This document shows, piece by piece, positions 8,371 through 18,524 of a DNA stretch of 64,000 bases. Location: the NCBI GenBank assembly GCA_039586365.1, contig JBDHKN010000006.1, positions 32,001 through 96,000 of the forward strand, in the 5' to 3' direction. Every line of letters starts with the position of its first letter. The first letter of the stretch is position 1. Both the position numbers and the translations under genes were made by a program. A model generated the notes under the pieces. The model made no database searches. It was not told the origin of the DNA and worked only from the letters and a program-made list of their open reading frames with translations. The DNA comes from Gemmatimonadota bacterium. GTDB taxonomy: Bacteria > Gemmatimonadota > Gemmatimonadetes > Gemmatimonadales > GWC2-71-9.

Positions 8371-9635
8371 TGAGCGGGCATGGCAAGAAGGGAAAGATCC
8401 TCGTGGTTGGTGGCGGGATCAGCGGTGTGACTGCAGCTGTGGAAGCAGCCGAGGCGGGTTGCGAGGTGGTGCTGGTGGAGAGGAATCCGTACTTGGGTGG
8501 CCGGGTGGCTCAAATGAACCAGTACTTCCCGAAACTCTGTCCGCCCAATTGCGGCTTGGAGATAAACTTCCGTCGCATGAAGACCAATCCGCGGATTCAA
8601 ATTCTAACGACGTCGGAAGTCGAGCAGATCACTGGTGCACCGGGCCACTACAAGGCAACGATCCGCCAGCATCCGCGGTTTGTAAACAGTAAATGCACCG
8701 GTTGCGGCGCATGCGTAGATGCTTGTCCAGTGGAGCGGCCCGACGCATTCAACTACGGAATGGGGTCGACCAAGGCAGTGTACCTGCCCTACGAGATGGC
8801 CTACCCGATGCGGTTCGTGATCGACGGCAGCGTGTGCCCCGGAGCAGAGTGCGGCAAGTGCGTACCGGCGTGTCCCTACGATGCCATCGACCTGGCCATG
8901 CAACCGGGGGTAATCGAACTGGAAGTCCAGGCGGTTGTCTGGGCCACCGGCTGGGACCCCTACGATGCGAAGAAGATCGAAGGTCTGGGTTTTGGGACAT
9001 ATCCGAACGTGATAACCAATGTCATGATGGAGCGGCTGGCTGCACTCGGTGGTCCCACTGCAGGAAAGATTCAGCGACCCTCGGATGCCAAGGAAATCGA
9101 GTCGGCAGCGTTCGTTCAGTGTGCCGGTTCTCGCGACGAAAACTACCTGAAGCACTGCTCTGGAGTGTGCTGTCTCGGATCGCTCAAGCAGGCCCGCTAC
9201 GTTCGCGAACAGTATCCCGAGGCGCAGATCTACATCTTCTACATCGACATCCGCGCACCAGGTCGGCTCGAGGATTTCTTCGTGGCGACCGAGGCAGACG
9301 AGAGACTCACTCTGATCAAAGGCAAAGTCGCTAAGATCGTCGAAGATTCGGCTAGTGGCGATCTGCAGGTCGAGGCGGAGGACACGCTCTCGGGTGAGCG
9401 GGTGATACAGAAGGTAGATCTCGTTGTGCTGGCGACAGGTTTGGTGCCAAACGGTGCCGGTGCCACACAGGTCGAGGGTGGCTTGTCGACCGATGAGGAC
9501 GGGTTCCTGCAGACCGAGCAGTCGCTTGGTGGACTGCTGGCCGCCGGATGTGCTAAGCGCCCGACGGAAGTGGCAACATGTGTTCGTGATGCCACCGGCG
9601 CTGTAGCAAAGGCTTTGCACTTCAGCGGGGAGTAG
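8367..9635 (+). CDS. qmoA: Quinone-interacting membrane oxidoreductase subunit A (HdrA-like)
   Basis: ILVVGGGISG, YFPKLCPPNCGLEIN, ferredoxin insert, QCAGSRDEN...CSGVCC; position after aprBA. Confidence 0.92.
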   Translation: MMSGHGKKGKILVVGGGISGVTAAVEAAEAGCEVVLVERNPYLGGRVAQMNQYFPKLCPPNCGLEINFRRMKTNPRIQILTTSEVEQITGAPGHYKATIRQHPRFVNSKCTGCGACVDACPVERPDAFNYGMGSTKAVYLPYEMAYPMRFVIDGSVCPGAECGKCVPACPYDAIDLAMQPGVIELEVQAVVWATGWDPYDAKKIEGLGFGTYPNVITNVMMERLAALGGPTAGKIQRPSDAKEIESAAFVQCAGSRDENYLKHCSGVCCLGSLKQARYVREQYPEAQIYIFYIDIRAPGRLEDFFVATEADERLTLIKGKVAKIVEDSASGDLQVEAEDTLSGERVIQKVDLVVLATGLVPNGAGATQVEGGLSTDEDGFLQTEQSLGGLLAAGCAKRPTEVATCVRDATGAVAKALHFSGE

Positions 9636-9639
9636 AGCG

Positions 9640-11883
9640 GTGGAAAAGAAAGTAGCCGTTTACATATGCCAAGGTTGCGATATCGGAGCCTCGTTGGATG
9701 TCGGGGCGCTGAGCAAGGTTGCCACTGGTGAGTGCAACGCGGCGATTTGCCGTGACCACGAATGTCTCTGCTGCGACGAAGGCCGCGAAATGATAAAGCA
9801 GGATGTCCGGGAGGGCGCCAACGCTCTGGTGGTCGCTGCCTGCTCACCGCGCTTCATGACTGACGTCTTCATGTTCGATGGGTGCCGGACGGAACGGGTG
9901 AACTTGCGGGAGCACGTGGTCTGGAGCCACGAGCCAAACGACGAAGACACCCAGATGCTCGCTGACGACTATCTGCGCATGGGGGTAGCGCGGGCAAAGA
10001 AAGCGGAACTGCCCGATTCCTTCGAGACAGAGATCAACAAGACTGTTCTCGTGGTAGGGGGCGGGGCGACGGGCATGACGGCAGCCTTGGACGCAGCTGG
10101 TGCTGGCTACGAAGTGGTGCTGGTGGAAAGAGAGGAACAACTGGGTGGCTGGGCCGGCAAGTTCAAGTATCGGTTCCCGCTGAGTGCACCCTACCGAGAG
10201 CTGGAGTTGGTCGATCTCAAGCCGCGCATTGAAGCGGTCGAGAGCAATGAACGGATCAAGGTCTACAAAGGTGCCACGATAGGGCGCATTGACGGACAGC
10301 CCGGACAGTTTGATGTCTCTGTCAAGGCCAATGGCTCGTCAGCCGAGTTCCGTGTCGGCGCTATCGTGCAGGCAACGGGCTGGAAGCCATACGACGCGTC
10401 CAAACTTGGCCACTTGGGATACGGTCGCTGCCCCAACGTGATCACCAACGTTGAGATGGAGGAGTTGATCGCTGCCGGCAAGATCAACCGTCCCTCCGAT
10501 GGTAAGCCCGCCCGTCGCATTGCCTTCATCCAGTGCGCGGGATCTCGCGATAAGGAACACTTGCCGTACTGCTCGGGAGTGTGTTGTCGCGTGACGATCA
10601 AGCAAGCGATGGTTGCCCGGCAGTACGACTCGGAGACTGAGGCCTACGTGCTCTACAAGGACATCCGCACGCCGGGTCAATACGAGGACTTTTATCGCCG
10701 GGCTCAAGAAGACAGCGGCATCTTCTTCACCAAGGCGGAGGTCGTGGGTGTCGAGGAGACGGGAGAGCACAACCTGCAGGTGGAAGCAAAGGACACGCTG
10801 CTCGGTGACAGGATCTTGGTCGAGGCCGACTTGGTCGTCTTGGCCACCGGTATGGTGCCCACCGCGGCTGATGGAGAGCTAATCCGCCGCTTCGTAGACG
10901 CCAAGGCGGTCGTCGCAAAAGGCGAAGCAGGTGCACAACTGGAAGCGGCCAAGAAGACGGTGGAGGAACTGCAGCATGTTGAGGGAACCTCGATTCTCAA
11001 TTTGACCTATCGGCAGGGACCGGACCTCCCGTCTCTCAAATACGACTTCCCCGACTCGCATTTCATCTGTTTCCCTTACGAGACACGACGCACCAGTATC
11101 TATACGGCCGGCTGCCTGCGCGCACCGAGTGATTCCCTGGTTTCTATGGAGGACGGTGCCGGTGCTGCGCTCAAGGCAATTCAGAGCCTAGAGTTGGCCG
11201 CCAAAGGAGAGGCGGTGCATCCTCGTTGGGGTGATGCTTCCTTTCCCGACTTCTTCCTGCAGCGGTGTACGCAGTGCAAGCGGTGCACTGAGGAATGCCC
11301 CTTTGGAACTCTGAACGAGGATGTCAAGGGCACGCCGCAACCCAATATCACTCGCTGCCGCCGGTGCGGCATTTGTATGGGCGCGTGTCCCGAACGGATC
11401 ATCTCGTTCAAAGACTACTCCGTAGAAATCATCTCCTCGATGATCAAATCGGTTGAGATCCCCGACGAGTTCGAGGAGAAGCCTCGTCTGCTCGGCCTGA
11501 TCTGTGAGAATGATGCCTATCCCACTCTTGACACAGCCGGCCTCAAGCGAATCAAGCACAGCGCGTTCATTCGCCTTATACCGGTGCGGTGCCTGGGATC
11601 CGTAAACATCGTCTGGATTGCCGACGCTTTGTCGCGTGGCTTTGACGGAATCCTGCTAGTCGGATGCAAGTCGGGCGACGACTACCAGTGCCATTTCATC
11701 CGCGGCAGCGAACTGATGGGCACGCGAAGCGACAACATCCGTGAGAAGCTCACCCAACTGGCCCTGGAAGAGGAACGCGTGCGGCTGGAGCAACTGCCTA
11801 TCTCCGAATACGAGAGGCTACCGCAAATCATCAACGAGTTTGCGGAGCAGATTGAAGAGATTGGATTGAACCCGTTCAAGTGA
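9640..11883 (+). CDS. qmoB: Qmo subunit B (HdrA-like plus MvhD domain)
   Basis: AACSPR, NLREHVVW, QCAGSRD, YRQGPDLP, SHFICFPYETRR, CTQCKRCTEECP, CENDAYP and GCKSGDDYQCHF. Confidence 0.95.
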   Translation: MEKKVAVYICQGCDIGASLDVGALSKVATGECNAAICRDHECLCCDEGREMIKQDVREGANALVVAACSPRFMTDVFMFDGCRTERVNLREHVVWSHEPNDEDTQMLADDYLRMGVARAKKAELPDSFETEINKTVLVVGGGATGMTAALDAAGAGYEVVLVEREEQLGGWAGKFKYRFPLSAPYRELELVDLKPRIEAVESNERIKVYKGATIGRIDGQPGQFDVSVKANGSSAEFRVGAIVQATGWKPYDASKLGHLGYGRCPNVITNVEMEELIAAGKINRPSDGKPARRIAFIQCAGSRDKEHLPYCSGVCCRVTIKQAMVARQYDSETEAYVLYKDIRTPGQYEDFYRRAQEDSGIFFTKAEVVGVEETGEHNLQVEAKDTLLGDRILVEADLVVLATGMVPTAADGELIRRFVDAKAVVAKGEAGAQLEAAKKTVEELQHVEGTSILNLTYRQGPDLPSLKYDFPDSHFICFPYETRRTSIYTAGCLRAPSDSLVSMEDGAGAALKAIQSLELAAKGEAVHPRWGDASFPDFFLQRCTQCKRCTEECPFGTLNEDVKGTPQPNITRCRRCGICMGACPERIISFKDYSVEIISSMIKSVEIPDEFEEKPRLLGLICENDAYPTLDTAGLKRIKHSAFIRLIPVRCLGSVNIVWIADALSRGFDGILLVGCKSGDDYQCHFIRGSELMGTRSDNIREKLTQLALEEERVRLEQLPISEYERLPQIINEFAEQIEEIGLNPFK

Positions 11884-11900
11884 CCCTAGGAGCGCCGAGG

Positions 11901-13072
11901 ATGTCCGAGGCCCTATTGTTGAAACCGGACCGGAAGTTCGTCGAGGCGATCGTCGCATCAGGTGGTGACGGATCTGGGCTCAGTGGGGTCTCAGAGACCG
12001 TCTAATGGCGGACCCTGACATCTGGCTTTGCCACCAGTGCAACGACTGTTCCAAGAAATGCCCGCGCGGGGCACGACCGGGTGACGTGCTCGCAGCGGTA
12101 CGCAAACAAGCGGTGCAGTACCATTCGGCTCCGCGGTTTCTTGGCAACTTGGTGAATCGCACCAAGTACTTCCCGCTGCTGTTCATGGCTTTGCCGGCAA
12201 TACTACTGGCGCTGGCACTTACGGTTCGCGAGCCCCTGGAGCAGTTGCTCTCGCTCGGTGAGCCCCACGAAGCTCTGTACGCTGCGTTTTTCCCCCATTG
12301 GCTGCTGATCGGGTTCTACGCGTCCTTCACGGGTTTGGCCTTCATCGGTGCTGTGGTAGGCGTTGTGCGGTTCTGGCAAGCGATGCGAGTTGCTGACGCA
12401 GGTACCGATTCGGGACCACAGACTCTCGGAGTTGTACCCAGTATGGTACGGACCCTCAGATCGATCCTCTTCCATGACAAGTTCGCCAAGTGTACGGATC
12501 AAGCCTCTCGGCGCTGGACGCATTTGCTGGCTTTCTACGGTTTCGTAGCGTTGTTCGTGGTCACGATCTGGGCGACCATCGACCTTTACTTAATGCCCGT
12601 ATTTGGAGTGGATTCGCTCTATCCCTTTGACCTTCTTCACCCTATGAAGCTGCTCGCGAACGTAGGTGGTGTGGTGTTGGTGGTCGGGTGTGTGAAGGCG
12701 ATAACTGACCGCAGGCGTAGCCAATCGTCGGTCACCACGGCATTCGACAATCTCTTTGTTTGGTTGCTGCTGGGTGTGGCCGTTACGGGGTTCCTGACTG
12801 AGGTGTTCCGGTTCGCAATAGAGGGCGCAGGGCAATCAGGACTGACATTCAGCGCCTATTTCACGTATTTCGTACACCTGGTACTGGTGTTCGGGCTGCT
12901 GGTTTACCTGCCCTATTCGAAGTTCGCTCACTTGATATACCGCACGGTTGCTCTGGTTTACGCCGAGCATTCTGGACGGAACTTAGACGGTCGCCAACTG
13001 CTGCCGGCGGCAGGCGCCCGGCCGCAGATTGAATCTCATGCTGACAAGGCCATCGAGGCCGCAAACGCGTGA
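11901..13072 (+). pseudogene. qmoC: qmoC interrupted by an internal deletion and frameshift near 11970
   Basis: Frame from ATG 11901 gives MSEALLLKPDRKFVEAIVASGGD then stops at 12005; another frame resumes IWAQWGLRDRLMADPDIWLCHQCNDC and continues into a cytochrome b membrane domain; the first CxxCxxCxxxC is missing. Confidence 0.8.
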
Positions 13073-13086
13073 CAGGGGAACAAAAC

Positions 13087-14319
13087 ATGGATCAGCTAGT
13101 CAAGCCACATGGCAAAGAAAAGAAGCTCAAGCCCCTTATTCTCAAGGGCAAGGAGCTTGGTGAGGAACAGAAGAAAGCCGAGTCTCTCAAGAAGATCACC
13201 ATGACTTCACGCGAGACGGGAGATGCCATCATGATGGGCATCGGCGGGTTCACACCGCTCGATGGCTTCATGGGCAGTGCCGACTGGAAGGGTGTCTGCA
13301 CGGACATGAAGCTGAGCGACGGAACGTTCTGGCCGATTCCCGTGACTGTGTCGGCTACGAAGCATGACGCCGACTCGATCAAAGAGGGTCAGGAAGTGAC
13401 CCTGGTCGACGAAGAGACCGGGACCAACATGGCCACAATGAAGGTGACGGAAAAGTACACCATCGATAAGCAGTTGGAGTGCAAAGAAGTGTACAGGACG
13501 GATGATTCGGAACATCCCGGCGTAGCGATGGTGATGGCGCAGGAGGACTTCAATCTGGGCGGGCCAATCAAGGTTCTGAGTGAGAGTTACTTCCCAGAGG
13601 AGTTCAAAGATGTCTACATGCGGCCCGCTGAGTCGCGGCAGCTGTTCAATGAGAAGGGGTGGCGGACCGTAGCTGCGTTGCAGTTGCGCAACCCGATGCA
13701 CCGCTCGCACGAGTACCTGGCCAAGATCGCTTTGGAAGTTCTGGACGGCCTGTTTATCCATCAATTGGTCGGCAAACTGAAACCGGGCGACATACCGGCC
13801 GATGTTCGAGTCAACTGTATCAACACTTTGGTGGAGAACTACTTCCTGAAGGACTCGGTTGTTCAGGGCGGTTACCCACTCGACATGCGCTACGCTGGGC
13901 CACGCGAGGCCCTACTCCACGCGGTGTTTCGGCAGAACTATGGATGCAGTCACTTGATTGTGGGCCGTGACCACGCTGGAGTAGGTAGCTACTACGGACC
14001 GTTCGACGCGCAAGAGATCTTCCATGAGATACCGGCGGGAGCACTCGAGACCCAACCGCTGAAGATCGACTGGACCTTCTACTGCTTCAAGTGTCGCGGC
14101 ATGGCTTCCATGAAGACCTGCCCGCATGGCAAGGATGACCGGCTTCTATTGAGCGGCACGGTTCTGAGAAAGACTCTCTCGGAGGGTGGAGATCCACCAG
14201 ATGACTTCAGCCGTCCTGAGGTGTTGGCCATTCTGAAGGACTACTACTCCGGTCTGGAAGAGAAGGTCGAGATAAAGCTACACCAGTTCGCAACGGGGGA
14301 TGTGAAGAAGAAGAAGTGA
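13087..14319 (+). CDS. sat: Sulfate adenylyltransferase (dissimilatory ATP sulfurylase)
   Basis: [42 protein letters not shown] and CFKC...TCPH zinc site. Confidence 0.97.
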   Translation: MDQLVKPHGKEKKLKPLILKGKELGEEQKKAESLKKITMTSRETGDAIMMGIGGFTPLDGFMGSADWKGVCTDMKLSDGTFWPIPVTVSATKHDADSIKEGQEVTLVDEETGTNMATMKVTEKYTIDKQLECKEVYRTDDSEHPGVAMVMAQEDFNLGGPIKVLSESYFPEEFKDVYMRPAESRQLFNEKGWRTVAALQLRNPMHRSHEYLAKIALEVLDGLFIHQLVGKLKPGDIPADVRVNCINTLVENYFLKDSVVQGGYPLDMRYAGPREALLHAVFRQNYGCSHLIVGRDHAGVGSYYGPFDAQEIFHEIPAGALETQPLKIDWTFYCFKCRGMASMKTCPHGKDDRLLLSGTVLRKTLSEGGDPPDDFSRPEVLAILKDYYSGLEEKVEIKLHQFATGDVKKKK

Positions 14320-14485
14320 AGGATTGGCCGTACGTGAAGACCGTGCCACAGTACACGGCTGACCTGTGAGCGTATCGCTCGAGTGAACGGCTTCGCCGCG
14401 GGCAACTAACAGCGACATGTAGACCGCAACCAGGCCATGATGAGCGGCCAGATGTGAAACGTGGGCCCAAGAACGGAGGACGTAG

Positions 14486-14803
14486 ATGGAACAGAAGGAA
14501 TTCGGTGGTAGGCTGCTAGAAATCGACGAGGACGGATTCATCCAGGATCCCGATGCTTGGGATCAGGCCGTTGCCGCCGATCTTGCGAAGACCGAAGGCG
14601 TTGACAACATGACGGACGATCACTGGAAGGTCGTCAACTATTTGAGGGAGTACTATCTCGAGTACAACATGGCTCCCATGATCCGCAAGCTTTGCAAGCA
14701 GACGGGCTTCAAGCTGAAGGAGATCTACGATCTGTTTCCCAGCGGCCCGGCGAAGGGTGCCTGTAAGGTGGCTGGACTTCCCAAGCCTACCGGCTGTGTG
14801 TGA
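14486..14803 (+). CDS. dsrC: Sulfur relay protein DsrC
   Basis: IDEDGF, HWKVV and C-terminal GPAKGACKVAGLPKPTGCV retaining both Cys (CX10C). Confidence 0.96.
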   Translation: MEQKEFGGRLLEIDEDGFIQDPDAWDQAVAADLAKTEGVDNMTDDHWKVVNYLREYYLEYNMAPMIRKLCKQTGFKLKEIYDLFPSGPAKGACKVAGLPKPTGCV

Positions 14804-14812
14804 TCTGAGTGA

Positions 14813-14855
14813 CTCGCGGGCCGGACTAATGCCGCACGCGTTGTCCGGCCGCGAG
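14813..14855 (+). terminator. GC-rich stem-loop immediately 3' of dsrC
   Basis: CTCGCGGGCCGGAC...GTCCGGCCGCGAG with a one-base bulge. Confidence 0.5.
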
Positions 14856-14936
14856 CCGCAATAGGAGCAACTTGGATCGCTCAGCCAGCTGGCCGCTGGC
14901 TGACACTCACTGGCAACAAAGGAGGAGGGCAGGATC

Positions 14937-15470
14937 TTGTCTCTGGACGTACTGTTGCGCAACAGTGAAGATGCCATCCTTTCGAGATGGTTAGACGACG
15001 CATTGGCTGTGTATCCCGGAGATTCAGCTGCAATATTCAAGCGCGAGAAGGATCCCTTCGCCAACCCCATTGGACGCAGCCTCCGGGAAGGAACGCGAGG
15101 AATTCTCCGTGCCCTAGTGAACGGAAAGAATGCCGAAGTGGTGCGCCAACATGTGTCCGAGATCATGAGGATCGGGGCGGTGCAACAGCATTCGCCCTCC
15201 CGGGCAATCGGTTTCCTGTTTTCTCTCAAGGGTGCGATCCGAGCTGAACTGCATGGAGCAGTCACGCAAGCCGAATATTCGTCCGCGTTGGCGGAACTAG
15301 ACAACCAGATCGATCAGATTGGTCTGATGGCCTTCGACATCTACGTCCAGTACAGAGAGCAAGTGTGCGAGCTACGCATCAACGAAGTCAAGCGGCAGGT
15401 CTCTCGGATTGTGGACAAGATGAACAGGCGTGTTCCTGATCAGGAATTGGTCCAGATCGATCACCCATGA
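14937..15470 (+). CDS. dsrT: DsrT (RsbRD N-terminal-like domain)
   Basis: KDPFANPIG, IMRIGAVQ and AFDIYVQYREQVCELRINEVK; GGAGG RBS; directly upstream of dsrM. Confidence 0.88.
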   Translation: MSLDVLLRNSEDAILSRWLDDALAVYPGDSAAIFKREKDPFANPIGRSLREGTRGILRALVNGKNAEVVRQHVSEIMRIGAVQQHSPSRAIGFLFSLKGAIRAELHGAVTQAEYSSALAELDNQIDQIGLMAFDIYVQYREQVCELRINEVKRQVSRIVDKMNRRVPDQELVQIDHP

Positions 15471-15510
15471 GAGTGTCGGTGGGAGTGAACGTGAGAAGGA
15501 AGGGTTTCTG

Positions 15511-16500
15511 ATGAACATCCTGGTGCCCCTCTTAGGTGTGGGTGGGCTCTTCCTGCTGGGCTTACTCGGTGCAGCAGCCGGAATGCAGTGGCTTTTCGGT
15601 ATTCTGTTACCCTACGTTGCCCTGGCTCTCTTTCTCGGCGGTCTGATATACCGGGTCATTAGTTGGGCGAACATCCCCGTTCCTTTCCGGATCCCGACAA
15701 CATGTGGGCAGCAGAAGTCACTGCCTTGGATTAGGCAGCAAAAGCTGGACAATCCCAGCACCACGCTTGGTGTCGTAGGGAGAATGGCGCTGGAGGTACT
15801 CTTCTTCCGCTCGTTGCTGAGGAACACCAAGACCGCATTGGTCGATGGCGACAAGCTTGCCTATGGAACTGATCTATCGCTTTGGCTCGGAGCCATGGCG
15901 ATGCACTGGTCGCTGTTGATAGTCCTGATCAGACACCTGCGGTTTTTCACCAATCCGGTCCCCTCCCTTGTGACATTTATTGAACAGACTGACGGGTTCA
16001 TGGAGGTGGGTCTGCCGGTCATCTTCGCGACCACAATCGTATTCGCTGTGGCATTGGCATATCTGCTATACAGGAGGGTCGCCAATCCCCAGGTGAGATA
16101 CATCTCACTGGCCGGCGACTACTTCGCGCTGTTTCTGCTGTTGGGAATCGGTATGAGCGGATTCTGGCTCAGGCACCTGGCCAAGACAGACGTAACAGCA
16201 GTCAAAGAACTCGTCCTGGGATTGACGTATTTCGCGCCCAGCGTCCCAGACGGAATAAGCCCACTGTTCTTTGGGCACCTCTTTCTGGTGTCTGTGCTGC
16301 TGAGCTACTTCCCGGTCAGTAAGCTGCTGCACATGCCCGGTGTGTTTCTGAGCCCGACTCGGAACATGGCAAACAACAATCGAGCGGTTAGGCACGTGAA
16401 CCCGTGGGATTACCCCGTCAAAGTGCACAGCTACGAAGAGTATGAGGATGAACTCAGGGACAAGATGAAAGCGGCCGGCATCCCGGTCGAGAGGCAATAG
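15511..16500 (+). CDS. dsrM: DsrM cytochrome b subunit
   Basis: PVPFRIPTTCGQQKSL, LEVLFFRSL, heme His residues and FPVSKLLHMPGVFLSPTRN. Confidence 0.95.
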   Translation: MNILVPLLGVGGLFLLGLLGAAAGMQWLFGILLPYVALALFLGGLIYRVISWANIPVPFRIPTTCGQQKSLPWIRQQKLDNPSTTLGVVGRMALEVLFFRSLLRNTKTALVDGDKLAYGTDLSLWLGAMAMHWSLLIVLIRHLRFFTNPVPSLVTFIEQTDGFMEVGLPVIFATTIVFAVALAYLLYRRVANPQVRYISLAGDYFALFLLLGIGMSGFWLRHLAKTDVTAVKELVLGLTYFAPSVPDGISPLFFGHLFLVSVLLSYFPVSKLLHMPGVFLSPTRNMANNNRAVRHVNPWDYPVKVHSYEEYEDELRDKMKAAGIPVERQ

Positions 16501-16504
16501 ATCG

Positions 16505-18148
16505 ATGTCAAAGCCGGACGAATCAGACTATTACAGGCAGGAAGACCTGCTGAAGCTGGACTGGCGCCCCCCCAATACGGCGTGGATGGACACTCCTGTG
16601 GACATCAGGCCGGGTTCGTTCATATATCCCGGCAAAGCCAAGAATCTCAAGGTTCTGGACTTGCCGAATCCGAGGGACTGGGCGGTAACGGACGACGACT
16701 GGAAGCTTCCTGAGGGCTGGAAGCGGACTGTCTTGGAGGGGATGGCGGAGCGGCTGAAGCGATATCGCACGTTCAGGATCTTCATGGACACCTGTGTACG
16801 TTGCGGGGCCTGCGCAGATAAGTGCCACTTCTTCATCGGTAGTGGTGACCCAAAGAACATGCCGGTACTCCGGGCCGAACTGCTGCGGTCCATCTACCGC
16901 AAGGATTTCACGGCGCTGGGTAGGGTCTTCGGCAGGCTGGCTGGCGGCCGCGAACTCACCGAAGACGTGATCAAGGAGTGGTTTTACTACTTCTTCCAGT
17001 GTACTGAGTGTAGGCGTTGCTCGGTCTTCTGTCCTTACGGCATCGACACGGCCGAGATCACTATGATCGGGAGGGAGCTGCTGGGCCTCCTCGGGGTTTA
17101 CGTAAACTGGGTGATCGAGCCGGTCGCAAACTGCTACAAGGTGGGAAACCACTTGGGAATACAGCCACACGGCCTGGCGGACACCTTGGAGTTCATGGCG
17201 GGTGACATCGAAGAAGCGACTGGCATCAAAGTCGACATCCCGATCAACAAGAAGGGCGCTGAGATCCTTTTCGTCACCCCGTCGGGCGATTTCGTGGCCG
17301 ATCCTGGAATCTACACGTGTATGTCCTATATGCTGCTGTTCCATGAACTGGGGATCGACTACACCTGGAGTACGTACGCTTCTGATGGGGGCAATTTCGG
17401 GCTGTTCACATCACATGAGATGATGAAACGCCTCAACGCCAAGATCTACGCCGAGGCCAAGCGTTTGGGAGTAAAGTGGATCTTGGGAGGCGAGTGCGGC
17501 CACATGTGGAGGGTAATCCATCAGTACATGGATACCATGAATGGTCCGGCTGACTTCCTGGAGGTGCCTCAGTCTCCCATAACAGGAACCGTGTTCGAGA
17601 ACGCTCGATCCACAAAGATGACGCACCTGATGGAGTTCACTGCTGACCTAATCCGGCATGGAAAGCTGAAGCTCGATCCCTCACGCAATGACCACATCAG
17701 GGTCACCTTCCACGACTCGTGTAACCCGGCCCGAGCCATGGGCATCTTTGAAGAACCACGCTACGTCTTGCGAAATGTGTGCAACAACTTCTTCGAGATG
17801 CCCGAGAACACCATACGGGAGCAAACGTTTTGCTGTGGAGGTGGTGCCGGGCTGGGAACGGACGAGAACATGGAGATGCGGTTGCGCGGTGGCCTTCCGA
17901 GGGGTAACGCGGTGAGGTACGTGCAAGAGAAGCACGGGGTGAATCAGCTTGCCGCGATGTGTGCTATCGACCGGGCAACCCTGGTGACCGTGTGTGACTA
18001 CTGGGCACCTGGAGTCAAGGTGACCGGTATCAGCGAGCTGGTTGCAAATGCCATGATCTTCCGGGGTGAGAACAAGCGGACGCACAACCTACGTTTGGAA
18101 CCGATCCCTGGGATGGGAGCTGAGGAGGGGGAACCCAGCGATGACTGA
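16505..18148 (+). CDS. dsrK: DsrK Fe-S/CCG catalytic subunit
   Basis: CVRCGACADKCH, CTECRRCSVFCP, GECGHMWR, HDSCNPAR, FCCGGG and CAID. Confidence 0.96.
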   Translation: MSKPDESDYYRQEDLLKLDWRPPNTAWMDTPVDIRPGSFIYPGKAKNLKVLDLPNPRDWAVTDDDWKLPEGWKRTVLEGMAERLKRYRTFRIFMDTCVRCGACADKCHFFIGSGDPKNMPVLRAELLRSIYRKDFTALGRVFGRLAGGRELTEDVIKEWFYYFFQCTECRRCSVFCPYGIDTAEITMIGRELLGLLGVYVNWVIEPVANCYKVGNHLGIQPHGLADTLEFMAGDIEEATGIKVDIPINKKGAEILFVTPSGDFVADPGIYTCMSYMLLFHELGIDYTWSTYASDGGNFGLFTSHEMMKRLNAKIYAEAKRLGVKWILGGECGHMWRVIHQYMDTMNGPADFLEVPQSPITGTVFENARSTKMTHLMEFTADLIRHGKLKLDPSRNDHIRVTFHDSCNPARAMGIFEEPRYVLRNVCNNFFEMPENTIREQTFCCGGGAGLGTDENMEMRLRGGLPRGNAVRYVQEKHGVNQLAAMCAIDRATLVTVCDYWAPGVKVTGISELVANAMIFRGENKRTHNLRLEPIPGMGAEEGEPSDD

Positions 18149-18521
18149 CAAGGCAAAGGCAATTGCCGGTCTGGCTGTCTTCGTCGTTCTGGTGACATAT
18201 CCCTTCTGGTCCGGGCTGGGATCTGATGCAGAAGCTGGCGCACCCGAGCTGGAGCTGCCCGAGGACGAAGCCAATTGTGTGGAAGAGACGCAGTTTATGA
18301 CGGCGAACCACATGGACTTGTTGAACCAATGGCGGAACGCGGTAGTGCGCGACGGCGAAAGGGAGTACATGTCGACCTCAGGTGAACGGCACGTGATGAG
18401 CCTGACCGGTACGTGTATGGGATGTCACAGCAACAGGGACGCGTTTTGCACGCGGTGTCATGACTACTCGGACGTGTCACCGGCCTGCTGGGATTGTCAT
18501 GTCGAGCCGGAAGGGAGCTGA
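18141..18521 (+). CDS. dsrJ: DsrJ triheme cytochrome c
   Basis: N-terminal TM helix, HMDLLNQWR and three CxxCH (CMGCH, CTRCH, CWDCH). Confidence 0.93.
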   Translation: MTDKAKAIAGLAVFVVLVTYPFWSGLGSDAEAGAPELELPEDEANCVEETQFMTANHMDLLNQWRNAVVRDGEREYMSTSGERHVMSLTGTCMGCHSNRDAFCTRCHDYSDVSPACWDCHVEPEGS

Positions 18522-18524
18522 ACG

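Noticed and set aside
11960..11975. Programmed frameshift or selenocysteine read-through (TGA at 11966) rescuing qmoC
   Set aside because: No slippery sequence is evident, and the missing Cys motif is absent from all three frames, so recoding could not restore it
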